A stretch of 64,000 nucleotides of DNA from Promethearchaeota archaeon (GCA_030603385.1 JAUVXW010000002.1:116145-180144), one strand, 5' to 3'. Shown: positions 48,906-58,405, counted from the first letter of the stretch. Translations and numbers: made by a program. Notes: generated by a model from the letters alone, not told the origin.

Positions 48906-51839
48906 TCAAACAATTTGAGGTAAAAACAAATTAAATGTCGTTCCTTTTCCTAATTCACTTTCCACAAAAAAATGCCCTTTATGTGCCTCAATTAAATCTT
49001 TCACGATAGCAAGCCCTAATCCTGTTCCCGCAATTTCATTTACATTGCTAGAACGGAAAAATCGTTCAAAAATTTTAGGTAAATCCTCCTTTGGAATACC
49101 ACGACCATAATCCTTAAATTGAAAGAGAATTCCCGGATTTCCATTCAAATTGTATTTACCTTCATAATTATTTATTGCTCGAATTTCTACTTTTGAATTT
49201 TTACTTGAATATTTTATTGCATTATCGATAATTATTCGAAAGATTTGATCTATTCTCTTTGCATCACCTCGTAATTGAAGACTTTCATCCACATCGACTT
49301 CAAATTCTATATTCTTTTCCTTACCAATAGGTTCCATAAGATATAAGATTTCAGTAAGAATTTCCAAAGGTTTATATTCTTTCCAGCTCAATTTCAATTT
49401 TTTTTCATCTATCCTTGAGATCAATAAAATATCCTCGGCTAATTGATTTAACAATTGGATGTTTCTTGATATTCCATCCATCAGTTTTTCTTCCAAATCT
49501 TCATTAGGGGTGTCCCTATTCTTAGTAAGATATTCTATAGACATTAATAAAACCGTAATGGGTGTTCTCAATTCATGTGATACGGTCGAAATTAATTGTG
49601 ATAATCTTTCTTCTGCTTGTTTACGTTCTGTTATATCCATTCCATATATATTGACATAATTTTCATGTTCTACTGGAGTGATGACCAATGTATAAGTCCG
49701 ACCATCTAGATTTACTTCAAGTTCCTGAATTTTGTTTTTACTTATGGTATAATTGATTGATTCAGTTAACATTTTCGGAACCATACTCCCTTCTAGAACA
49801 TTAAATAGTTTATTTCCAGCTTTGTTAGTGTAAATTACTTGTTTATAATCTACTCTTAAAACGGGATTTGGGTTTTCAGATGGAAATTTAGATAAATTAT
49901 GTATCCTTTCCTCATTTTTTTTACGTTCGATAAAAAGACTCAACATCTCAGATATACCATTAATTAAATCTCTCTCTTCCTTAAAGAATGGTCCTTCATA
50001 ATTCTCTGGTTTTTTCTTTAAATATGAGACATCAATAAGCCCTACTGGTTTTCCATATTCTTTAATATCTGCTTTTAAAACCCATTCTGTTTCTTTAAAA
50101 TTTGTTGTTTTAAATTCCAACTCCTTGTAAATGATTCTCGCACATGTAATCTCTGGATATTGCCATGCTGGTCCAATACAAGTTAAGGTTTTTTCAAGAA
50201 CTTGCTCTATCGATATATCTATCTGTTCTACTAATTTAGATATATTATAGAGGCATGAAAGTTCTTTTACTCTTTCTCTTAAATCATATTCTCTCCGTTT
50301 TAATGCATCATCTGCCCTCTTTTGGACAGTGATATCTCGAAAAATTGATTGAAAATAAGTCTTTCCGGATAATTTGATTACTTTTGCAGTTACGTAAACA
50401 TCTCTAATTTCTTTATTCTTAGTGATAAATTTGGTCTCAAAATCATCTCTGCCTTTTTTTAATACTTTTTCTACGTGTGCTTTTGTCTCTGAAGGATCTT
50501 CTATAAAATCATAATCATTAATCTTCAAATTTTGAAATTCTTTACGCGTGAACCCTAGAATTTTTAATACTGCATCATTAAATTCAACAGCCTTAAAAGT
50601 TTCAGGGTCTAAAATAATAATACCATCAGGAGATTGTTCGAACGTAGTCCGATATCGAAGCTCCGCCTCTTCTAGTAACTCCTCCGATTTTTTACTCTCT
50701 GTAATATCTGTGGCAAGACTAAGAAGAGAGTAATTTTTTTCATCTATATCCTTTAATGGCTGTTCCACTATCCAATAAGTCTTCTTTCCGGATGGTAAAT
50801 CAAAGGTTCGTTGATATTCTCGATTAATTCCTTTCTGTAATAGTTCACGGTTGCTGTTAAAATATTCGTCGGCTAATTTCTTTGGAAAAACATCATAAAG
50901 CGATTTCCCAATGAAATCTTCAGGTTTCCCACCTAATTCAGTTGCAGCCTTTTCATTTACTAATATATACTTCCCATTCTCATCCAGCATTGTAATACTT
51001 GCACCAGAATGCGTAATAATATTTCGTAACTCTAATTCACTCCTCGAGATTTTCCTAAATAAAAGATCAAATGGATCTGCAATCCCAATTTGGATTATTG
51101 ACTTGTAAAGAAGATAAAATGCAATTATCTTAAAGATGTGCCCAACTAAGTTAGAAAGATCGTATACACCAACATAAAACGTGAAGGCTAATTCTGCAAT
51201 CATTGTAGATACAATTGAACTGACAATCAAGGCTCGGACTTTTTTATCAAATTCTGTCCTATTTTTAATAATCATTAAGAGAGAAACAAGTAGTATTAGA
51301 TTAATTAAATACTCACTGATAATTTTAAAAGGGGTTAGACCATAGTTTTCAATATAACAGATTGGGAAAAAACCATTAAAGATTAAGACGAATAATAAAA
51401 CTGTAATAATAAAATAAAAAGAAAGGAGATATCTAGGTTTGATACTCCTTCTAATCAAATGTGATGAAATTAGGAAAGCACCAGCTTGAAGATACCGAGC
51501 AGCAATCCATAATGATGTTGGAAGATTCGAATCAAATTCTATAAAGATTTGCATTCCTGTGTAAGAAAGCGTATGAACTAAGTCAATGGCAGCAATAAAG
51601 AGAGATGACACTCCAAGATTTAAAAAAAAAGAACTTTTCATATATTTATGCGAGTTCCAGCCAACTAAAAACACTCCCCCAGCTATTACTATACTAAATA
51701 GCTCAGCAATACTGTGGAATAATAAATATCTATAGAAACTTGTTAAATAAACGAAAAATAGCCCTAAAAGAAAGACTGCTATTTCTAATATTTCATAGTT
51801 TACTTTTCGTTTAGATTCAAGATTATCGTTTTCTGGCAT
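48906..51839 (-). CDS. Membrane sensor histidine kinase (MASE3 - multiple PAS - HisKA - HATPase)
   Basis: LLFHSIAELFS MASE3 start with ~7 TM; PAS domains; SHELRTP, NAIKYS, DYGRG, GTGLGL. Confidence 0.92.
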   Translation of the reverse strand: MPENDNLESKRKVNYEILEIAVFLLGLFFVYLTSFYRYLLFHSIAELFSIVIAGGVFLVGWNSHKYMKSSFFLNLGVSSLFIAAIDLVHTLSYTGMQIFIEFDSNLPTSLWIAARYLQAGAFLISSHLIRRSIKPRYLLSFYFIITVLLFVLIFNGFFPICYIENYGLTPFKIISEYLINLILLVSLLMIIKNRTEFDKKVRALIVSSIVSTMIAELAFTFYVGVYDLSNLVGHIFKIIAFYLLYKSIIQIGIADPFDLLFRKISRSELELRNIITHSGASITMLDENGKYILVNEKAATELGGKPEDFIGKSLYDVFPKKLADEYFNSNRELLQKGINREYQRTFDLPSGKKTYWIVEQPLKDIDEKNYSLLSLATDITESKKSEELLEEAELRYRTTFEQSPDGIIILDPETFKAVEFNDAVLKILGFTRKEFQNLKINDYDFIEDPSETKAHVEKVLKKGRDDFETKFITKNKEIRDVYVTAKVIKLSGKTYFQSIFRDITVQKRADDALKRREYDLRERVKELSCLYNISKLVEQIDISIEQVLEKTLTCIGPAWQYPEITCARIIYKELEFKTTNFKETEWVLKADIKEYGKPVGLIDVSYLKKKPENYEGPFFKEERDLINGISEMLSLFIERKKNEERIHNLSKFPSENPNPVLRVDYKQVIYTNKAGNKLFNVLEGSMVPKMLTESINYTISKNKIQELEVNLDGRTYTLVITPVEHENYVNIYGMDITERKQAEERLSQLISTVSHELRTPITVLLMSIEYLTKNRDTPNEDLEEKLMDGISRNIQLLNQLAEDILLISRIDEKKLKLSWKEYKPLEILTEILYLMEPIGKEKNIEFEVDVDESLQLRGDAKRIDQIFRIIIDNAIKYSSKNSKVEIRAINNYEGKYNLNGNPGILFQFKDYGRGIPKEDLPKIFERFFRSSNVNEIAGTGLGLAIVKDLIEAHKGHFFVESELGKGTTFNLFLPQIV

Positions 51840-51911
51840 CTACTCTAAGTTTTTTTATTAAAAATATAATAAACCATTAAGAAATTAAGAGTTTTATCAT
51901 TCAAAAATCCA

Positions 51912-52448
51912 TCAAGTTATAATAATTTTCTCAAAAGTAGCATATATTGATGTTTTGTGCACTGAATAATTAAAATTGGGCGGAACTACTCGTTTTATCG
52001 TTCTAAATAACTTATCAATATCATTTTCATCGATTTCGAAATCTGAATCAAATTTATGCAGAAAAATTGAAAAGTCAATAGTATTCGGATTACATAATTG
52101 TTTTATCACTCTATCCATATATTCGAGAGCTTCATCATAGCGATTTTTATCTTGGACATCGATAACATATATTATCTTATTTGTTCCAGCTAAAAAATTC
52201 GTGAAATCATTTAAATATCCATTACGGAATGCCTTTTGACCACCGAGATCCACAACTAAATATGCTTTATTTAATGCTTCAAAATCTTCCCAACGAGCGC
52301 CTCTTGTGGGTCGGAGAGCGCTAAATGCAGATATATTTTTAATTCCTTTTAAGCAAGTTAATATTGATGTTTTCCCACTATTATCTAACCCTACTAAGAG
52401 GATTTTTACTTGATTTTCTCTTGAACCATCACTGTTTGAAGCAGTCAT
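51912..52448 (-). CDS. Small GTPase, Arf/Rag-related
   Basis: G1 GLDNSGKTS, G2 PT, G3 DLGGQ (Arf-like); G4 HKFD and G5 TSIY (Rag/Gtr-like); no C-terminal roadblock domain. Confidence 0.92.
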   Translation of the reverse strand: MTASNSDGSRENQVKILLVGLDNSGKTSILTCLKGIKNISAFSALRPTRGARWEDFEALNKAYLVVDLGGQKAFRNGYLNDFTNFLAGTNKIIYVIDVQDKNRYDEALEYMDRVIKQLCNPNTIDFSIFLHKFDSDFEIDENDIDKLFRTIKRVVPPNFNYSVHKTSIYATFEKIIIT

Positions 52449-52481
52449 TTTTTTCTAATCAAAAAGATATTAGTTTTTCCT

Positions 52482-52820
52482 TTAAGGAGACAAGACATCA
52501 CGAATATCTGCATCTTGTAGGTCCTTTAATTTTTTTCTATTAATATTCAAAACAATTGTAGTTATGTCGTTAATTAGATCGATAACTTCATTATTTTTAA
52601 TTTTATAATAATTAACATTGTCCCTCTTCTCAAAAGCTATAAGGTTATTCTCAGCAAGCATATTCAAGTGTTTAGAAATGGTTGATTGTGATCGGCCTAA
52701 TTCTTCCTGAAGTTCTGAAGAACTTAATTTATTCTTTTCCAAAAGATAAAGAATTTCTATTCTAACAGGGTCTGCCAATACCTTCAAGAACTCAACTGTA
52801 AGTTTTCTTAATTCACTCAT
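52482..52820 (-). CDS. ArsR/SmtB-family transcription regulator
   Basis: LKVLADPVRIEILYLL...SQSTISKHL winged HTH. Confidence 0.9.
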   Translation of the reverse strand: MSELRKLTVEFLKVLADPVRIEILYLLEKNKLSSSELQEELGRSQSTISKHLNMLAENNLIAFEKRDNVNYYKIKNNEVIDLINDITTIVLNINRKKLKDLQDADIRDVLSP

Positions 52821-52928
52821 GAAACTCCAGAATTGTGTTTTGTAAGAATGTGTTTTTATACCTTTTTAAAGCTTATTTTAATGGAATATTAATGTTTTCT
52901 TAATAATACGAAAATCACAAAGATTTAA

Positions 52929-52972
52929 ATATTATTGTATCGTAATATTATTATATCGCAATACCGCGATAT
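52929..52972. promoter_or_regulatory. Tandem 7-6-7 palindromic operators in the arsR/lrp divergent promoter
   Basis: ATATTAT-N6-GTAATAT (52929-52948) and perfect ATATCGC-N6-GCGATAT (52953-52972); first overlaps TATA TTTAAATA (52924-52931). Confidence 0.6.
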
Positions 52973-53015
52973 GAGAATAATAATCCTACTTAATGCTCAA
53001 AAAAGGGTAAAAAAA

Positions 53016-53528
53016 ATGATAAGTGAAAAAATTGGGATTGACCAAATCGATTGTAGAATAATGGATCTGATTCAGAAAGCTCCAAACCTCACACATACTG
53101 AAATTGCAACCCATGTGAATCGTAGTCAACCTACCGTAGGGATGCGAATTAAAAAACTTGAGAATTTGGGAGTTTTAAAGTTTCAGGCAGGTATAAATAT
53201 TAAAGTCGCAGATCTCTGTTTTGCTAGAGTTGAACTTCAAACTAAAAATCCAAAAATGGCTATTGAAATTGTTAAGGATTGTCCTTTTATGCTTAACGCG
53301 TTCCTTTTGAGCGGAAATTCAAATTTGAGTATTTTAATGGTAGGTTTAAGTTTTAAAGATATTGATCATATCGTGAACCGTCATTTTCGAAACGACCCTC
53401 ATGTTATCAGTGTCCATATTGATATAATTGCTGATGTTGTGAATGACTTTGTTTTACCAATAGATCTAAATCTCGAATACGGACAACTTAAAATAAAAAG
53501 TTGTTGTTGTGGAAAATGTAATTGTTAA
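53016..53528 (+). CDS. Lrp/AsnC-family regulator with Cys-rich tail (paralog 1)
   Basis: DQIDCRI, SQPTVGMRIKKLE, CPFMLNAF, C-terminal CCCGKCNC; ATG 53016 chosen by comparison with paralog 2. Confidence 0.9.
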   Translation: MISEKIGIDQIDCRIMDLIQKAPNLTHTEIATHVNRSQPTVGMRIKKLENLGVLKFQAGINIKVADLCFARVELQTKNPKMAIEIVKDCPFMLNAFLLSGNSNLSILMVGLSFKDIDHIVNRHFRNDPHVISVHIDIIADVVNDFVLPIDLNLEYGQLKIKSCCCGKCNC

Positions 53529-53575
53529 GTTTCTAATCCATTTATTTAAAATCTAATTTCTTCAATTTCAATATT

Positions 53576-53818
53576 TTAATCTATAGTTATAGCCCTTAAT
53601 TTACAGGCAGTAGTATCGATATGGCATTTTACACAGCGATCTTCATTATCTTCTACTACTATACATTTAGGTGTAGATTCTTTATTAATAACCTCATAAA
53701 TACCTCTAAAGCAGGCTTCTTCGCATGAAAATTCTTTACATATGCTACATTTACTTACATCTATGTGATGAAATTTATAGCTCTCGATGCTACTCTGATT
53801 TTTTGCTTCACTCATCAT
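53576..53818 (-). CDS. Ferredoxin-like protein with atypical Cys spacing
   Basis: CSICKEFSCEEAC and CVKCHIDTTAC..AI; ATG ATG after GGGTGA SD. Confidence 0.8.
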   Translation of the reverse strand: MMSEAKNQSSIESYKFHHIDVSKCSICKEFSCEEACFRGIYEVINKESTPKCIVVEDNEDRCVKCHIDTTACKLRAITID

Positions 53819-53932
53819 AATCACCCAAATATAAAATATCAAAAAAATGTTTAGTTTATACTCTATAACAAAACCTTTTAATTTATACAGATAAATTAAC
53901 CTACTAAAGAAACTTGAGAAATTAGTTACTTT

Positions 53933-54601
53933 ATGGCTCCTGAAAAACTCCAAATTTTTAAAATACCTGACTTGATGAAGGGTATATTTTTATCAAGGCC
54001 CAATAGATTTATAGGAGAAATTGAGTATGGAGGGCAACTTGAAACTGCTCATATTCACGATCCCGGTAGATTAAAGGAATTACTCGTAAAAGGTGCTGAG
54101 GTTTTATTTACATATTCTAGAGGCAAATTAAAGTACTACATTAAAGCCGTTCGTACTGATGATGAGTGGATTCTTATAGACACGGCTCTACACTCTAAAA
54201 TTGCTATGAAAGTTTTTGAGTTTCTGCCAGAATTCTCTGATGTAAAGGAAATTAAAAAGGAGGTAAAAATTGGAAATAATAGAATTGATTTTGTTCTTGA
54301 CAATGTTCCGTTAGAAGTAAAAGGCGCGTCATTGGTTAGAGATGGTATTGCACTTTTTCCTGACGCTCCTACAGAACGGGGCGCAAGACATGTAAAAGAA
54401 ATTATTGAGCATAATGGAATTATACTATTTTTAGTTGTTCGCAAGGCTAAAAGTTTTGCTCCAAATTGGGAGATGGATCCTAAATTTTCTAATAATCTAA
54501 GTGAAGCAAGAAAAAAGGGGATTCGAATTATTCCGGTTCAAATTAGTTTTGATGGAAAAACAATCTATTTTCATGGAATAATTCCACTATCGGATTTTTA
54601 A
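53933..54601 (+). CDS. sfsA: Sugar fermentation stimulation protein A (PD-(D/E)xK nuclease fold)
   Basis: RPNRF, HIHDPGRLKELL, RIDF, EVKG, FPDAPTERGARH. Confidence 0.92.
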   Translation: MAPEKLQIFKIPDLMKGIFLSRPNRFIGEIEYGGQLETAHIHDPGRLKELLVKGAEVLFTYSRGKLKYYIKAVRTDDEWILIDTALHSKIAMKVFEFLPEFSDVKEIKKEVKIGNNRIDFVLDNVPLEVKGASLVRDGIALFPDAPTERGARHVKEIIEHNGIILFLVVRKAKSFAPNWEMDPKFSNNLSEARKKGIRIIPVQISFDGKTIYFHGIIPLSDF

Positions 54602-54743
54602 TTAAGGTACTATAAAAAAAGTTCATTTTTTGATGTTTAAAACTGAAATTAATGAAGACTAATTTTCTATAAATTCTTTCTAATATTTTATAAATTGTAA
54701 AAATTGTTACATAATTAGTAAATTAAATTTTAAGAGAGATATT

Positions 54744-55292
54744 ATGATATCAGATAAATTAAAACTTGACGATATTGATAAGCAGATAATTTCGCTTGTT
54801 CAGGAAAATCCGTCTCTAACGCATACGGAGATTGCTACAAAGATAGATAGATCGCAACCAACAGTTGGTATGCGAATAAAAAAACTGGAAAAAAATGGAA
54901 TTTTACAATTTCAGCCAGGTATTAATTTTAAGAAAGTAGATTTGCATTTAGCAATTGTTGAATTAAAGACTAAAAATCCTGAACTTATAATGGATATAGC
55001 AAAGTTCTGCCCATTCATGCTCAACGCCTTCAGACTTAGCGGAGAACATAATCTGTGCATCCTTCTTGCCAGTTCTAAGCTTCAAAAGCTTGATAACATC
55101 ATAAATTATCATTTTCGAAATAATCCTGATATTTTAAATGTCTCAATGGAAATTGTAATTGATATTGCTAAGGATTTTATTTTACCTATTGACTTTGATT
55201 CAGAAAATCATGATCCTACTCTCGAGGATGGTTGTGGTGATAAATGTAAGTACAAGATTGCCCAAGCTAAGGGATTAGTTCCAAAACGATAA
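54744..55292 (+). CDS. Lrp/AsnC-family regulator with Cys tail (paralog 2)
   Basis: LDDIDKQII, SQPTVGMRIKKLE, CPFMLNAF, GCGDKC. Confidence 0.9.
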   Translation: MISDKLKLDDIDKQIISLVQENPSLTHTEIATKIDRSQPTVGMRIKKLEKNGILQFQPGINFKKVDLHLAIVELKTKNPELIMDIAKFCPFMLNAFRLSGEHNLCILLASSKLQKLDNIINYHFRNNPDILNVSMEIVIDIAKDFILPIDFDSENHDPTLEDGCGDKCKYKIAQAKGLVPKR

Positions 55293-55434
55293 TTCGATTT
55301 TCTTTTTCATTAAATAAATCTCTCTATAAACTTTATCTCTATAAATTTTTTCAAAAGTTAAAGAAGACTTAATAACATATCAAGATTAATTATTAAAAAA
55401 TAAAAATAAAACATTAAAATTGAAGATGTGAGAA

Positions 55435-56280
55435 ATGGAAGAATATGAAACAATAAAAGTTCAAGAACGGGAAGATGGTATTTCCATTATAACTTTTAAC
55501 CGCCCAAATAGGTTAAATGCAATGAATTTCCAGTTTGTAGAAGATTTGCAAGATTATCTCAAGAAGTTAGAAAATAATCTAAGTATTCAGGTCGTAATTC
55601 TAACTGGTGAAGGTCGTGCGTTCTGCTCCGGGCTGGATTTAAAAGAGGGTCAAGCAATCTTTAAAAAAAAAGTACCTGAAAATCTTCAAAAATTCGAATA
55701 CCTTCGACTAAAAGACAAAATTAAAAGAACCACAATAGTACAAAAGTTAATTTCTCAGTTAATGGTACAACTTAGGAGAATTCCTCAACCCGTTATAGCA
55801 GCAATAAAAGGATCGGCATACGGTGGCGGTTTAGCTTTCGCTTTAGCATCCGATATCAGAATTGCAGGAGAAAGTGCTGAGTTCTGTAATGCTTTTATTA
55901 ATATTGGTCTTTCTGGGGCTGATTGCGGAAGCTCTTATTGGCTACCCCGATTGATAGGGTTTTCAAGAGCAGCAGAAATTATGTATACTGGGAGAGTTAT
56001 TGATGCTCAAGAAGCTGATAAAATCGGACTTGTATCTAAAGTCGTACCTGACGATAAAATCCTCAATGAAGCGCTGAATATCGCAAAAAAGATATTAACA
56101 AAAAGCCCGATAGGTGTAAGGTTTACAAAGGATGCTCTTAATATGAATGTCGACGCACCCTCACTCGAGGCTGCTACAAAATTGGAAAACAGAACTCAAG
56201 TCATTTGTATTAATGCAGAAGATGTTCTTGAAGGTGTTTTTGCTACTCTCGAGAAAAGAACTGCTAACTACGATAAATAA
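55435..56280 (+). CDS. Enoyl-CoA hydratase/isomerase (crotonase) family
   Basis: NRPNRLNA, AFCSGLDL, PVIAAIKGSAYGGG, DIRIA. Confidence 0.92.
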   Translation: MEEYETIKVQEREDGISIITFNRPNRLNAMNFQFVEDLQDYLKKLENNLSIQVVILTGEGRAFCSGLDLKEGQAIFKKKVPENLQKFEYLRLKDKIKRTTIVQKLISQLMVQLRRIPQPVIAAIKGSAYGGGLAFALASDIRIAGESAEFCNAFINIGLSGADCGSSYWLPRLIGFSRAAEIMYTGRVIDAQEADKIGLVSKVVPDDKILNEALNIAKKILTKSPIGVRFTKDALNMNVDAPSLEAATKLENRTQVICINAEDVLEGVFATLEKRTANYDK

Positions 56281-56359
56281 TAATTCGATTACTCTTTTAG
56301 ATATAACAACATTTGGGTAAATCAATTAACCGGTGTTTTTGAGTTAGAAGAATTTTGTG

Positions 56360-56433
56360 AACTTTGATACCATGGTTTATAAAGGGACAATTCTCAATTT
56401 TCTTAACAATTTTATCAACATTTTTAGTAGAGA
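56360..56433 (-). pseudogene. Diverged internal fragment of the adjacent Lrp paralog 3 (copy of 56826-56899)
   Basis: STKNVDKIVKKIENCPFINHGIKV versus STKDVDKIVRKIENCPFINHAFKI (19/24 identical; many third-position changes). Confidence 0.85.
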
Positions 56434-56570
56434 TTCAAAATCATGTTGAGAGTCAATATTTTTAAGTCAAAAGAATTTGAAAAATTTTTTAAAAGCTTCT
56501 CTACCTATACGGAAATCTAAATTTCGATTATGTCGTATTGATTTTTTAAAAGAAAAAGTAAATTTAATAT

Positions 56571-57137
56571 TTAGTCTTCATCTTCTTGGCTGAATTTGAA
56601 CTTTGGTAAGTCCTTTGCCATAGTACAGTTAGGTCCGCAGTACCTTCCATCAAAATTCTCAATCTGAAAATCTATCGGAACCACGAAATCATGGATGCTT
56701 TCTATTAAGATATTTGTTTTTACATTTATTACATTCTCATCACGTCTAAAGCATAGATCAATGAGTTTCTCAATGGTTTGAAGGTCTGATGCCGCGATAA
56801 AGCAGAGAACGTTAAACTCCCCACTAATTTTGAAAGCGTGATTAATAAATGGACAGTTCTCAATCTTTCGGACGATTTTATCAACATCTTTAGTAGAGAG
56901 ATATACGATAGCAACCTTAATATCAACTTTCTTTACGTTGAAACCAACTTGTTTTGTAAGAAGATTCTTTCTTTCTAGCTTGATGATTCGGGCACCTACA
57001 GCAGGTTGAGATTTCTCAATTTCTGCTGCAATGGCACTGTGGGTAATATCAGGGTCCTTCTCCATCATTTCGATAATCTTCTTATCTGCAGAGTCAATGC
57101 CCAGTAACTCGTCAAACGATTTTTTCTTCATATCCAT
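56571..57137 (-). CDS. Lrp/AsnC-family regulator with Cys tail (paralog 3)
   Basis: DSADKKII, SQPAVGARIIKLE, CPFINHAF, YCGPNC. Confidence 0.9.
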   Translation of the reverse strand: MDMKKKSFDELLGIDSADKKIIEMMEKDPDITHSAIAAEIEKSQPAVGARIIKLERKNLLTKQVGFNVKKVDIKVAIVYLSTKDVDKIVRKIENCPFINHAFKISGEFNVLCFIAASDLQTIEKLIDLCFRRDENVINVKTNILIESIHDFVVPIDFQIENFDGRYCGPNCTMAKDLPKFKFSQEDED

Positions 57138-57304
57138 TTCTAATCATAATATTTAAAGAATTTAAACTTACTTTTAATAAACGAAAACACACAAATAAAA
57201 ACTATTATTAATGATAAACTTAATTAATTAAACCTTTTTAATTTATAATTTTTTGTTAAATTTGTTTAATTGATATTTAACTATTTCAGGAATTGAGTGT
57301 TATG

Positions 57305-58267
57305 TTATAATACATTTGTAAAGATATTGATTAAAAGAATAATAATTGTAAAGCCTATTAGCCCAATTATAAATTTTATTGGATCTCCTTTTTCTTTCTC
57401 AGGAATAACTTCGCGTACAATTACATATAGAATTACTCCAGATATGATAGAATAAAAGATAAACAATAACTCTAAATTTTCAGGCAAAATAACATTAATT
57501 ACGATTCCAACAGCTATTCCTGTTAGAGCGGAAGTTCCTAATATATATTTCATAATGGAGCCTTCTTCAAATTTTACATCTTCATAGATTTCCAAATCAG
57601 TAAAAATAATATGACGTTCAGATCTTTTAGATACAAGTGTTCTAAAGAAGGCATAAAAAAAGAAGAGAATTCCTGGCACTAATTCAATAATCAATAAACC
57701 TACTACTATGATTCCTACGAGAAAATGATAGATATAATCCGTGATAAATCTAAATTTTCGTAAGTCGTCATTCACATGGTTCTGAATTTTAATCTTGTAT
57801 TTATTTATTTCAACTTTCATAGCTTCTTCTTGGGCATTTAGTTCTGATAGGGTCCGAGCGATATCTCTTAAAGCAGCCTCATCTAATTTTTCTTGTTTCA
57901 ATTCTCTAGTAAGGATATTTTCCATATTATGTTCTACAATTTCCAGGGTTTTTTCTTTTTGCATGAGTTTACGCATTTTCTTCTGGGTTCCTGATTCAGC
58001 TTTCTGCAGAATAAATTTTTCGGTTATGTGTATAAAGACGAAGCCGATTAAAACGAAGCTATATTCGAATAAATCTAATTCAAAAGGAAATTCTGGCAAT
58101 CTTTTAGAAATTTCAGGGAGCACGATGAGGAAAAAGTAAACAACTGAAATACCTGCGATAAAAGAGGCATGTAATTGAATAAGTCTATGTTCAAAGTAAT
58201 CTGCCATAAAGAAGAAACAACCGAATACCAAAGCGAGAATAACTACTATTACAACGTGAAGAGTCAT
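57305..58267 (-). CDS. Membrane protein, ZIP-transporter-like, with a ~75-aa coiled-coil insertion
   Basis: AGISVVYFFLIVLPE and SGVILYVIVREVIPE ZIP-like motifs; charged insert KKMRKLMQKE...IQNH. Confidence 0.6.
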   Translation of the reverse strand: MTLHVVIVVILALVFGCFFFMADYFEHRLIQLHASFIAGISVVYFFLIVLPEISKRLPEFPFELDLFEYSFVLIGFVFIHITEKFILQKAESGTQKKMRKLMQKEKTLEIVEHNMENILTRELKQEKLDEAALRDIARTLSELNAQEEAMKVEINKYKIKIQNHVNDDLRKFRFITDYIYHFLVGIIVVGLLIIELVPGILFFFYAFFRTLVSKRSERHIIFTDLEIYEDVKFEEGSIMKYILGTSALTGIAVGIVINVILPENLELLFIFYSIISGVILYVIVREVIPEKEKGDPIKFIIGLIGFTIIILLINIFTNVL

Positions 58268-58405
58268 TACTATTGTTATTATTTTTGAAGTTTTTAAAGT
58301 TTTTAGAAATAAACTATAATATTTAGGCTTGAACTAGAAAGTTATAAATTTTAGGTTAATTATGATTAATAAATTGAGAAATGTAAACCTCCAAGGTGAA
58401 AAGAT

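Noticed and set aside
53933-54601. SfsA nuclease as part of a defence or mobile system
   Set aside because: Widespread standalone gene with no methylase, Cas or MGE neighbours.
55289-56290. 11-bp direct repeat ATAATTCGATT flanking the crotonase gene as a target-site duplication
   Set aside because: Short, AT-rich, both copies overlap stop/terminator regions; no inverted repeats or transposase.
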